Shown: piece by piece, positions 1-10,202 of the stretch
Layout: each line of letters begins with the position of its first letter
Numbering within the stretch: the first letter of the stretch is position 1
Source of the DNA: Felis catus
Taxonomy: Eukaryota
DNA: 64,000 nt
Assembly: GCF_018350175.1 (NCBI RefSeq)
Contig: NC_058375.1
Span: 45,508,001-45,572,000 of the forward strand
Direction of reading: 5' to 3'
Notes under the pieces: model-generated
The model's database searches: none
What the model was told of the DNA's origin: nothing
The model's input: the letters and a program-made list of their open reading frames with translations, nothing else
Made by a program: the position numbers and the translations under genes

Positions 1-124
1 CCTTCTTTTTGAGTCCCTATCTATACTTGCCACATCATAGTTGCTCTTTTCATTGTTGTTATTAAAATGGATATGGATGGGTGATATTCTAAAAAAAACG
101 CTGTGACAAGAGTAAAGGTAGAGG

Positions 125-365
125 AGCGGTGAAATCATTGACTATGGAATCAGATTTGGTTTAAATCGTGGCTCTTCTGCTTGCTTAGACATTGGCTTTG
201 TGCAAGTCACTTCCCCTTTCTAGGACTCAGTTTCCTCATCTAGAAAATGGAACCAATAACCCTTTGCCCACTTCCTCACAAGGTCCATTGTGGGGTTAGA
301 ATAAGGACACAGATGTGAAACTGCTTTGTAAACCAAAAGGCACTAATCAAATGTAAGATACATTT
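125..365 (+). mobile_element. MIR SINE (ancient)
   Basis: MIR core-like GGCTTTGTGCAAGTCACTTCCCCTTTCTAGGACTCAGTTTCCTCATCTAGAAAATGG. Confidence 0.8.
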
Positions 366-919
366 CCTATTATTGGAACCATCTGGAAGTTGTTTGGACT
401 TACAAATTGATAGAATCAGTCAACACCTACTTGGCTTACACAAAAAGTGGTTGTTAGGCTTGGGTACTTTTAAAAGCCCTTAACCCTATGCATATGGCAG
501 GTCTTCTCCATATTCACCCCAATTTGAGAATTTTCAAGTTTCTTTCCCCAAAGACTAAGTAACGACAGGAATTAAAAATATAGCTAAGGCTAAAACTTCA
601 CTAAAGATTTTCAGTTTCTATTTCCCTTAAGGGAATTTCTAGAGCCCTGGCTAATAGCTAAGTTATTAAACACAGCTCAATTTACAGGGTTTCTGGAGGT
701 GTCAGGAAGCTCAACCTCAGAGGTTACTTTAGGATAATAGGGAGTTTAGATTAAGATAGCTAGTAAATTTGGCAAAGACAGAACCACAGAGATGGCAAGA
801 ACACTGGACTGAAAGTCAGAAATCCTAAATTCTAACCTAGTTCTATAGCCTTCTAATTGGGATATCTTCTCTACCGGGGCTTTAGCTTTCTCAGTAAAAT
901 GTGGATACCATACCCCCCA

Positions 920-1430
920 TTTCATTAGCCTTTCCCATACAACAAACCACCCTAAATGTAGTGACTTAAAACATCAAGACCTTGTTGATCACCATTATGT
1001 GCATTGGTTAGACAGATGCACTCAAGTAGTGTGAGCCCACTCATAGGGCAGCATTCAGCTGGTGGGTCAGTTGGGACCTGGGCCCAGGTAATGCAACTAA
1101 GTCTCTGAGTCCCTTTCTTTGTACAGGGTCTTTCAGACATAAGGAGCTAGACAGGGCAGGTGGTGGGGTGGGGGGAGCTTTTCTCCTGGCATGGCATTGT
1201 ACAACCACAAAAGTAGAAACCATATGGACTCTCAAGGCATAGCTTCCCAGAGCGTCACTTCCTCCATATTCTACTGGGCAAAGCAAGTTATACAGTCAGT
1301 CAAGAATCATGAGTTGAGCAAAGAGAATCCACTATTTGATTAGAGGAAGGCAAAGTCAAATTACAAAAAGGGACCTGGTCACAGTGAGGCACGATTCATT
1401 GGAAGCCATTTTTGTACAATCTAACACACA
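920..1430 (-). mobile_element. MaLR solo LTR (MLT1 family, old subfamily)
   Basis: Reverse complement begins TGTGTTAGATTGTACAAAAATGGC; other end ACAAACCACCCTAAATGTAGTGACTTAAA resembles MLT1. Confidence 0.65.
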
Positions 1431-1686
1431 TGTGTCCTGCCCCTGGGGTTATTTACAAGCAGGTAAGTTGATATAATTACAGGCTCTTCATAAAAAGTGA
1501 AGTGTTAGGTCATACAGATGGAAGAGAATTTATTTTTTGTCCTAATATTTGTATTTGCGTTACTTAACTGGTGTCAAGATGATCTGGGTTAAGTTTTCAA
1601 ATTTTGATTCTCTATTAGTTAAGAAAAGTGTATGAGAATATAAAGGAAAGAATCCCAGATGGATGATAGAATATCATCATTTTCCA

Positions 1687-1904
1687 GGGGTGCCTGGGTG
1701 ACTCAGTCAATTAAGTGTCCGACTCTTGATTTGGGCTCAGGTCATGATTTCATGGTTCAGGGGATGGAGCCCCACATCGAGCTCTCTGCTGACAGCATGG
1801 AGCCTTCTTAGGATTCTCTCTCTCCCTCTTTCTCTGCCCCTCCCCTGCTCTTGCTTGCTGTCTCTCACTCTCTCCCAAAATAAATAAATATTAAAAAAAA
1901 AAAA
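1687..1904 (+). mobile_element. CAN-SINE (SINEC)
   Basis: GGGGTGCCTGGGTGACTCAG head, CT-rich body, AATAAA, A tail; TSD AGAATATC(A/C)TCATTTTCCA on both sides. Confidence 0.97.
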
Positions 1905-1919
1905 AGAATATCCTCATTT

Positions 1920-2890
1920 TCCAACCTATAATGAATTAGTAGACGCAGGTTTTAAGTATAGTAGCTGCTAACATCACAAAACCCAAGACAACTAGGGATG
2001 CCTGCGTGGCTCAGTCAGTTAGGCATCTGACTTTGGCTCAGGTCATGATCTCACAGTCTGTGGGTTCAAGTCCCACATTGGGCTCTACGCTGACAGCTCA
2101 GAGGAGCCTGGAGCCTGCCTCGGATTCTGTATCTCCCTCTCTCTCTGCCCCTCCCCTGCTCATGCTCTGTCTCTGTCTCTCAAAAATAAATAAATGTTAA
2201 AAAAAAAAAGAAAGATAGAAAGAAAACAAGATAACTCGATATGATGTGACCCTGAGGAGGACTACTATATCAGCTGTGAAGTTCTCTTGCCAAAATAAAA
2301 AAAAAAATTGACCCTAAGTCTGATCAAGCTTCTAGGTACAACTTCTAATTTTCAGGAATGACAAAAGAAAAAGGAACATGTTAAACCATACTACAAAAGT
2401 GCAATCGGCAAAATCCAGACTGGGAAACACTATAGGAAAATAATCTCATTTTTCAATAAATACACTACAAGGGGATAAAAAAGAGGTTGAGAAGAAACAC
2501 ATACATCAAGAGAAACCAGTAACAATGTGTGGGACTTATCTGAGTTCAAATAAACTAAAAAAGTACGACATTATGAGACAACTGGAAATTTATAAACTGG
2601 GTAATTGATGACATGAAGGGATTAAAGCTAATTTTAGGTGTGAGCTGGTATTAGTATTACATCTTCTTAAAAGACTCCTTAGCTTTTAGAATACCTATGA
2701 AACCATTTACCTGGGAAATGATACTATAGCTGAGATTTGTCTTACAGAGTGGGAATAAGCGGATGAGGTTACAAATGAAGCAAGAATGCCCACAAGGTTA
2801 CAACTGTGAAAGTTACATAGTGAGTACACGGGCATTCATCACACACTTCTGGCTACTTTAGATCTTTGAAATTCTCCATAGTAAATACAT
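1920..2890 (+). mobile_element. Old L1 3' UTR fragment (L1MC-like), interrupted by a SINEC
   Basis: CTAAGTCTGATCAAGCTTCTAG...GCAATCGGCAAAATCCAGACT..., ending TTGAAATTCTCCATAGTAAA. Confidence 0.7.
1995..2227 (+). mobile_element. CAN-SINE (SINEC_Fc-like)
   Basis: tRNA-like head, CT body, A tail; TSD CAAGA(C/T)AACT. Confidence 0.97.
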
Positions 2891-3438
2891 TTTTTTTAAG
2901 AGTGGGACAAGTAGGTGGACAGCGCTGGGTTCAAATAGCAGCCCCAGGTCTCCTCTCCTTAACTGTATGTCCTTGAAAAAGTAATTTCACTTCTCTGAGC
3001 TTCCATGTCCTTACCAATAAATAGGGATACTCTCCCCTCGTTAGTCTCCCATGAGGCCATGAGCGCCAAGCCAAATGAGCTCACAAATGCAGAAGTATTT
3101 GATAAACCATGAAGGGCTACCCACATGTAAGGAACTGTTTTTGTCACCGTCACTACTGACCTTGAAACTAATTTGGATCCGTTGGCACCTGCTGCCCCCT
3201 TAGTAACAGTAGCTCTTCACAGTTGGTCTGCTCCCATGAGAAATTAAGTGCAATGGGCTCAAAGAGCTCTTTGAGCTCTATGACCTGGTTCAAGGGTCTG
3301 ATGATTATTTTTTAAAATCTCATCTCTTGTCTTTATCTCAAATCCAACTGGGGAGAATTTCTGCTTTGGGTCAACATGGAGTAAGAGACACTGGATTTAT
3401 TCTCATCCATATGTTTTCATATGTAGTATATGTTTCAT

Positions 3439-3609
3439 NNNNNNNNNNNNNNNNNNNNNNNNNNNNNNNNNNNNNNNNNNNNNNNNNNNNNNNNNNNNNN
3501 NNNNNNNNNNNNNNNNNNNNNNNNNNNNNNNNNNNNNNNNNNNNNNNNNNNNNNNNNNNNNNNNNNNNNNNNNNNNNNNNNNNNNNNNNNNNNNNNNNNN
3601 NNNNNNNNN
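3439..3609. other. Assembly gap
   Basis: Run of N. Confidence 1.
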
Positions 3610-3610
3610 T

Positions 3611-4640
3611 GAGAAATAAACAAATTGAGTCCCACGATTTCCCAGTTGACTGCCTTGAAAGAGTTTTCAGACAAAAAAGGAATAAAAGACATTAAGATTA
3701 GAGAGTAAAATTGACTTTATTCACAGATGACACCATCATCTATGTAGAAAATCCTATAGACTTTACCAAAGAAAAGCTACTAGAAATGAGTGACTTTAGC
3801 AAAGATGTAGGGTACGAGATCAATAATACAAAGATCAATAGTATTTCTATATACTCGCAATGAAATATCAGAAATTAAAATCATAAAAAGATAAACACTT
3901 CCAACAGCATCAAAAACATAAAATTTTTAGGGATGAGTCTGAAAAAGCTGTGAAATACCTGCATACTGAGAACCGCAAAACACTGCTGAGCGATGTTAAA
4001 GGAGACCCAAATAAAGAGATTACCACAATCGTTAAGGCAGATGGCTCAGTATGAAGACGTCAATTCTCCCCAGATTAATGGACAGACTCAGCACTATCCC
4101 AATCAGAATCCCAGCAAAATTTTTTAGGTAAATTGGCAAACTGATTCTAAAATTCATATGAAAATGCGAAGATTAACCAAAAACAAGTTTTAAAAGGCAG
4201 AACAAAGTTGGAGGACTTCCACTATCCGATTTCAAGACTTATAAATTTACATTAACCAAAACAGTGATGTTGGCACAAAGACAGACACATAGACCGACGG
4301 TACAGAATAGAGTCCAAAGGTATAAGGACACAAACAATTATATGATTTTCAATACAAGTGCAAAGGGTATTTGGTCAAGAGCCGTCTTTTCAACAAATGG
4401 TGCTAGAATTAGATATGCATGAGCAAACAAAACAGAACAAAACATTCTTGAGTCCCTACTTTGTGTCATAAACAAGGATCCGCTCTAAATGAACCACAGA
4501 CCTAAATGTGCCACCTGAAACTATAAAATTTCTAGAAGAAAAGAGGAGAAAACCTTTGTGAGCTTGAATCAGGGAAAGATTCCTTAGATCCAACACCACA
4601 CAGCACAAAGATAAAAGAACAAAACAGACTGCTGACTGTA
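3611..4640 (+). mobile_element. Degenerate L1 ORF2 fragment (RT and C-terminal region)
   Basis: 3705-3755 translates VKLTLFTDDTIIYVENP, matching L1 RT KLSLFADDMIVYLENP; many stops and frameshifts downstream. Confidence 0.93.
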
Positions 4641-5859
4641 GGGGTCGCTCTGCTGGCAAAATAATCACCAGGCGGTCTTGGAGAAAAAGCAAAGCTTTTC
4701 ATGACAATCCCTAGGTAAAATCTTTATAGCTCTCTAAAGAAAGCTAGATTCATGTGGGTTTTCTATTATTCCTCAGAAGCAGAAAGGCCATATCTGAAAA
4801 AAATAGCTCCTTTTAGTTCCTTTTTTTAGACCCAAATCCAGAACTTGTCTTTTTTGCGTTGGTTTTTGGCTTTTATCGCCACCAACCCTTCTCGTCCATC
4901 CTCTTTAGAATTCTTTCTCTGCCTTTTGAGAATTAAGAACTATTGTTCAGGCTTTGACAACTTCTTCTTACCTCCAGTATCCCTGCTCCAACCATTTTTA
5001 TGTAACCAGCTCTGCAAGTACCACAGACAAGGTACTGAGTGTGTTTCGGTCTCAGAAGAGAACAAAGCGATGGGGCACCTGATCTCTAACGCCTTTTTCA
5101 GCTCAGATCTGCTCTTATTCTCAGATTTCCAGGAACAATGAATTAGCAGTAAAAGAGCGTGAATTACAACAAGGGTTACAGTCAACAAAGTACCTCTAGA
5201 ATGCTGTTACACACACGCACGTACAAGATGTTTTTCCCCTCTACTCCCGGATTGTAACCACAAATAGGAGTGACCGCTTGCTATTACCCAGATCATTAAT
5301 TCACTTGAATACAAGGCACACTGGAATGAAGCCACATTGGACTTAGACAGGTCTGGGGCGTCTTGTCAAATAGCCAATCATACATGCACTTAGCTCATGC
5401 CTTCATTCGTTCATTAAACTAATATTTCCTAAGCACTTACTATGCCCAGGTGCTCTGCAGGGTAATAAAGATACAGTGCTCCCATTCTGGCAAAGGAGAC
5501 CCACAGAATGCTCCTCCCTGCAGTGCGTTTACACATGTCCCTTCTGTCTGGGATAGTCCTGTTCTTCTCCCTTCCCCTGGCCCACTCCTGGTTATTTCCT
5601 TGCATCCCTCTATTCCTTTCCTTCTTTGCCCTTGACATCATCGATGCCCACGTTATTCATCACTGTATTCTCAGCACACTTGGCACAGTCCCAGGAGAGA
5701 GCAGATGCTTAGTCAACACATACAAACTAATGGAATGAACAAAGAAACAGATCAAGGGGGCATAAATGGATGGGGAGAGGAGGGATTGAAATGTCCCCTG
5801 CAAGTGTTGGGTTTAGGTAAAGACTGCGGTAGGTGAAGGATGAAGACAGTAGGCAAGAA

Positions 5860-6720
5860 GGCGTCTCTTCTTCAGCCCATGATGTCGTATCCGGGAAATA
5901 GTCTCCTAACTGGTCTCAAAACTTCTGCTCTCTTCAACTTGACAGGCTGAGTTATTGTGCTATAAAGTCAGCTTACAACACGTCACTTAACGTCTCCAAA
6001 ATGCAATGGACTCCCTAAGGAAAAACAGCCAAATTCTCCAGCATGGCGCCACCCTCTCCCCACAAAAGACCCGGCTTTCTACCATCTGTCTGTATCTGTA
6101 TCCCCTCTAAATCACTTCACAAAGCAGTCACGATGACCTCCTCCCCACTGACCAAACACACCCTGCTCTTGCCGACTTCTACACTCATCCTGTCCTTCGT
6201 CTTCCCTCTGCCAAAGCTCTCATCTGATTCCAATGTAACTCCGATGCCCTCTTCTCTGTGGAAGCTTCCCTGGTGAGCCATCCTTCCTCCCCTGGATGCA
6301 TCTCTCCTCCCTTCTGCTTCCACTCCACATGCTTCCACTTACTTGATGTGCAGAAGTCATTCTTCTTTTTTTTTTAATCTTATTTATTTTGAGAGAGAAA
6401 GAGACAGAGACAGAGCATGAGTCAGGGAGGAGCAGAGATAGGAAGAGAGAGAATCCCTAGCAAACTCCATACTGTCAGTGAAGAGCCCAACATGGGGCTC
6501 AAACCCAAGAACCGTGAGATCATGACCTGCGCTGAAATCAAAAGTTGGATGCTTAACCGACTGAGCCACCCAGGCACTCCAGAAGTCATTCTTCTTAATG
6601 TCATAGTTTATATCTACATATCTTTCAGCAGCTTATGAGCTCTGCTAGGTTACAAGCAGCCCAGAAGCTGCTCCTGACATGGTTTAAGTGCTCAGTAAAT
6701 GTCTGCTGGATTACATGTCC
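5860..6720 (+). mobile_element. L2 LINE 3' fragment
   Basis: AATAGTCTCCTAACTGGTCTC...CAATGGACTCCC..., ending GTGCTCAGTAAATGTCTGCTG; split by a SINEC. Confidence 0.7.
6368..6580 (-). mobile_element. CAN-SINE
   Basis: Reverse SINEC; TSD AGAAGTCATTCTTCTT. Confidence 0.97.
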
Positions 6721-7244
6721 CAAAGCATCTGCACAGGACATCCATTTCTACTGTCCCTTGCTTCCAGTAGTGGGTCACTAGGAAAGCATTGATATCGTCC
6801 TCTCAAAAACCAGACAGCAGCCTTCTCTCCAACTCTGATAGCTTATTTATGCATTGAATATTTACTGAACACTCACCATATTTTAGCCACTTTTCTAGGC
6901 ACTGGGAATACAAAAAAAAAAAAAAAAAAAAAATCCTGGCCTTGACGGTGCTTATATTTAAGTGAATAGGAGACAAACAATAAATAAGTATAATACGAAG
7001 TACATCAAGTGGTGAAAATACTATGGAGAAACATAAAGCACAAAGGGGGACAGAGAATACATGGCATGCTGCAGGGCAGGGGTTCCAGCAAGGTCTCTAA
7101 TAAAAGGTGACTTTGGAACAAAGACTCGAAATAAAAGAGTGAGGAGGTGGATGCCGGAGTACGGGGCATCCCAGGCAGAGGGAACATTCACACCACCAGA
7201 TGCAACAGGAATGCCAACAATCCAGGTGAGAGAAAACCATCATT

Positions 7245-7466
7245 GGGGCACCTGGGTGGCTCAGTCGGCTGAGCATCTGACTTTGGCTCAGGTCATGATC
7301 TCACAGTTCATGGGTTCGAGCCCCACGTTGGGCTCTGTGCTGACAGCTCAGAGCCTGGAGCCTGCTTTGGATTCTGCGTCTCCCTTTCTCTCTGCCCTTC
7401 CCCTGCTCCCATTCTCTCTAAAGATCAGTTTAAAAAATAAATAAAAATAAACATTAAAAATTAAAC
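7245..7466 (+). mobile_element. CAN-SINE
   Basis: GGGGCACCTGGGTGGCTCAG head; TSD AAAC(C/G)ATCAT. Confidence 0.96.
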
Positions 7467-7938
7467 AAACGATCATCTGCCCCAGAGTGACATGTTTAAG
7501 GATCAAGGCCAAGGCCAGTGTGGCTACAACACTGTGTACTTTGGGGGACAGTGGGAGCAGACAAGGTATGATGGGTATGAGTGTGCAGAGGCTGCAAGGT
7601 GCCTTAAGGACCTTCCCTCTGTGTGAGATGGGAAGCCACTGGAAGGTTTTGAACAACAAAAAGAGATCAACTGGCATGTGCTTTAAAAATGTAATTTAGT
7701 TGCAGTGTTGGAGCAGGCAGGAGGGGAACAAAAACAGAATCAGACAGGGACCCATTGGTGCAATACTCTCGACAAGAAATAATGGAGTTTCAGGACGGAG
7801 TGCTGGCTATCGTGGGTAAGAGGTGGACAAATTCTGGAGGTGTTTCGAAAGCCCTTGCAGGCGAGCTAAATGTGGAAGTAGAGGACATACAGAGAAGGCA
7901 GTATGATTTTTGGCCTGATCAACTAGATAGAACGGAGT

Positions 7939-8746
7939 TTTTTTCCAGTTTTATTGAGATGTAATTGTCATATAACATCGTGTAAGTTTACGGTGTACAA
8001 CAGGATGATTTGGTACACATTACCTATCGAGAAGATTGCCATGATCGGATCACTTAACACCTCCATCACCTCCCACAATTACTTTTGTGTATCGGGAGAA
8101 CATCGGAGATCTACCCTCTCAGCGACTTTCACGTATCTGATACGGTACTGTTAACTACAGTTGCCGGGATGTACACTGGATCCCCAGAACTTTCTCATCC
8201 TGTACCTGAAACTTTGGACGCTTTCACCACCATCTCCCCATTTCCCCCATCCCCAGGCCCTGGCAGCCACTTAGCATAATGCCATCAAAGCCCATCCGTG
8301 TTGCCACAAACGGCAGAATTTCATTCTTTCTCGTGGCTGAATAATATTCCATGCTGTATAAACATGTATATTTAATAGATGTATCACATCTTTCTCCATT
8401 CATCTGTAGATGGACATGTAGGTGGTCTCTATGCCTTGGCTACTGTGAATAACGCTGCAATGAACGTGGAGGTGCAGATAACTCTTCAAGAACCTGATTT
8501 CGTTTCCCTTGTATCTGTACCCAGAAGAGGAATTGCTGGCTTATATGGTAATTCTACGTATGATTTTTTTGAGGAACTTCCACACTGTCTTCTGTAGAGG
8601 CTGTATCAATTTACATTCCTACCCATAACGTACAAGTGTTCCTTTTTTCCCACATCCTTGCCAACACTTGCTGTTTTCTGTTTTGGTTTTGGTTTTTTTG
8701 ATAGTACTAACCATTCTAATGAGTGTGCAGTGGTATCTTATTGTGT
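7939..8746 (-). mobile_element. L1 3' end (L1MA9-like) with internal deletion
   Basis: TTTATTGAGATGTAATTG...TACAAC...; GGCTACTGTGAATAACGCTGCAATGAAC; CCACATCCTTGCCAACACTTG. Confidence 0.9.
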
Positions 8747-9114
8747 AAGGCTACAGAAGAAATTGATCTTATGTGAGAATTGAGGGGGGGATTCGGGAGC
8801 TCAGCCATGGGAAACTAACGTCTGACATTTTTATCATCCAGCTGAGAGGTTAAATTGAGAGTTAAGAAAAACGCTCTGGATTTCACTGAAGAAGTCAGAG
8901 CCGGAAACATAAATTCAGGACAGGTCAACACCATGATAGCATTTCAATTGTTGGGCGAAATAACATGTGGACACACAACTGACCATCAGTTTCAACAATG
9001 TACAAACTGGTGATCTGGACAAGAAAAGTTTTTGTGAGTGATGGAGTGAAAGCGTGTTTGGGGGAACATTCTAGAGAGAAGTGGAGGAGTGGAGCTCATG
9101 ACAGAATGTAGACG

Positions 9115-9227
9115 GAGCTGCCATTTGTCTTTGTTTAGCGTCGCAATCCCAGTCTGCACTTGCAGACCAGTGTTATATCCAGTTAAACGTGTCCCAGTCT
9201 GGATGATAAATTATATAACAATTCTAA
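9115..9227 (-). mobile_element. hAT-Blackjack MITE (MER94-like)
   Basis: Reverse complement TATATAATTTATCATCCAGACTGGGACAC resembles the MER94 left end. Confidence 0.55.
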
Positions 9228-9384
9228 GTACAGACAACTCTGTCTAGCTATCTATCAACATACTCAACCTGTTTGTCCATATAACAGTGCACTTCTTCCT
9301 GTTTGACTTCCGAGAAGTCACATGGCTCCCAGTCCAAAGAGCCAAGGCCTGGAGGACTCTCCCTAGGATGATCATTTTTAGTGG

Positions 9385-9520
9385 TGGCAACACAGTAGAA
9401 TCATCTAGAAACTAGGGCCCTACCCTCAATAATTTTAATTCATTCCACCTGAAGTAAAGCCTGGGCCTGTTTTTCCTCTAGGAGATTCTAATGTGTGGCC
9501 AAGGAGCGGAGCCACTACCC
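9385..9520. mobile_element. MER5-type hAT-Charlie MITE
   Basis: AGAATCATCTAG...GGAGATTCTAATGTGTGGCCAAGG...GAGCCACT. Confidence 0.55.
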
Positions 9521-10166
9521 TGATTAATGAAGAAGCAAGCAGCGAGTGGCTCTGATAAGGTTATCATACACCAGTCTTTAGAAATCTGTCCAGAATCCTC
9601 CTTCCTGCTCATCCTCTGCTCAATGCTCTGGTTCATATAGTCATTTTCTCTACCTTGGGCTATGCTATTGGCATTGCTCTCCAGATAGTTTCTTTGCCCC
9701 TGAGCTAGCCATCTCCAGTCCATTTTCTCTCATATGAACAACTTATTCCTCTCAACAGACTCTGTCCTTCCTTTAGACATCTGATGTCGTTTGACGGACT
9801 TGAGGTTAACGTTCAAATTTCTTAAAATGTCATTCGAAGTCACATCAGTGCTCAAGAGTTGCACCGTGAATGAGGAAGGAATAAATGGGCTCAGACCACC
9901 AGGGTAAACAGAGGCGTGAACAGAGGATGAGTGACAGAACCGAGCAACATGGGCTTGAATGGGGGGCTTTCAAAGTCCCCCCAGAACTTGAGCAATCTAC
10001 GATAGTAAGGAATTTCTGATTCGACACAAAGTCTGAGGCACATTGTGCTCATGCAAACCTTACCTGGAGATGAGCTGGGGTACAGGGAGGAGGGGAAAGT
10101 AGGGAGTGAGATCCCTCATCTCTCACTCGTCCCCACCCCGCCATTACCTATATCCCAGTCGCGCTT

Positions 10167-10202
10167 GCATTGGTGGTTCAGTGGTAGAATTGTCGCCTGC
10201 CA
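10167..10202 (+). pseudogene. Tailless retropseudogene: 5' half of tRNA-Gly(GCC)
   Basis: GCATTGGTGGTTCAGTGGTAGAATTGTCGCCTGCCA is 35/36 identical to the recalled mammalian tRNA-Gly-GCC 5' half; anticodon at 10199-10201; no T-arm or B-box; direct repeat CCAGTCGC at 10155-10162 and 10200-10207. Confidence 0.92.

Larger units (their letters stand above)
6840..9100 (-). mobile_element. L2 LINE (long fragment) with nested SINEC and L1
   Basis: AATATTTACTGAACACTCACCAT...CTAGGCACTGGGAATACA; GAGATGGGAAGCCACTGGAAGGTTTTGAAC; resumes after the L1 at about 8750. Confidence 0.8.

Noticed and set aside
2006-2200. Recurrent MAQSV...SSP..GS.LTAQSLEPASDSVSPSLSAPP ORFs here and at many other sites
   Set aside because: Translations of CAN-SINEs, not a gene family.
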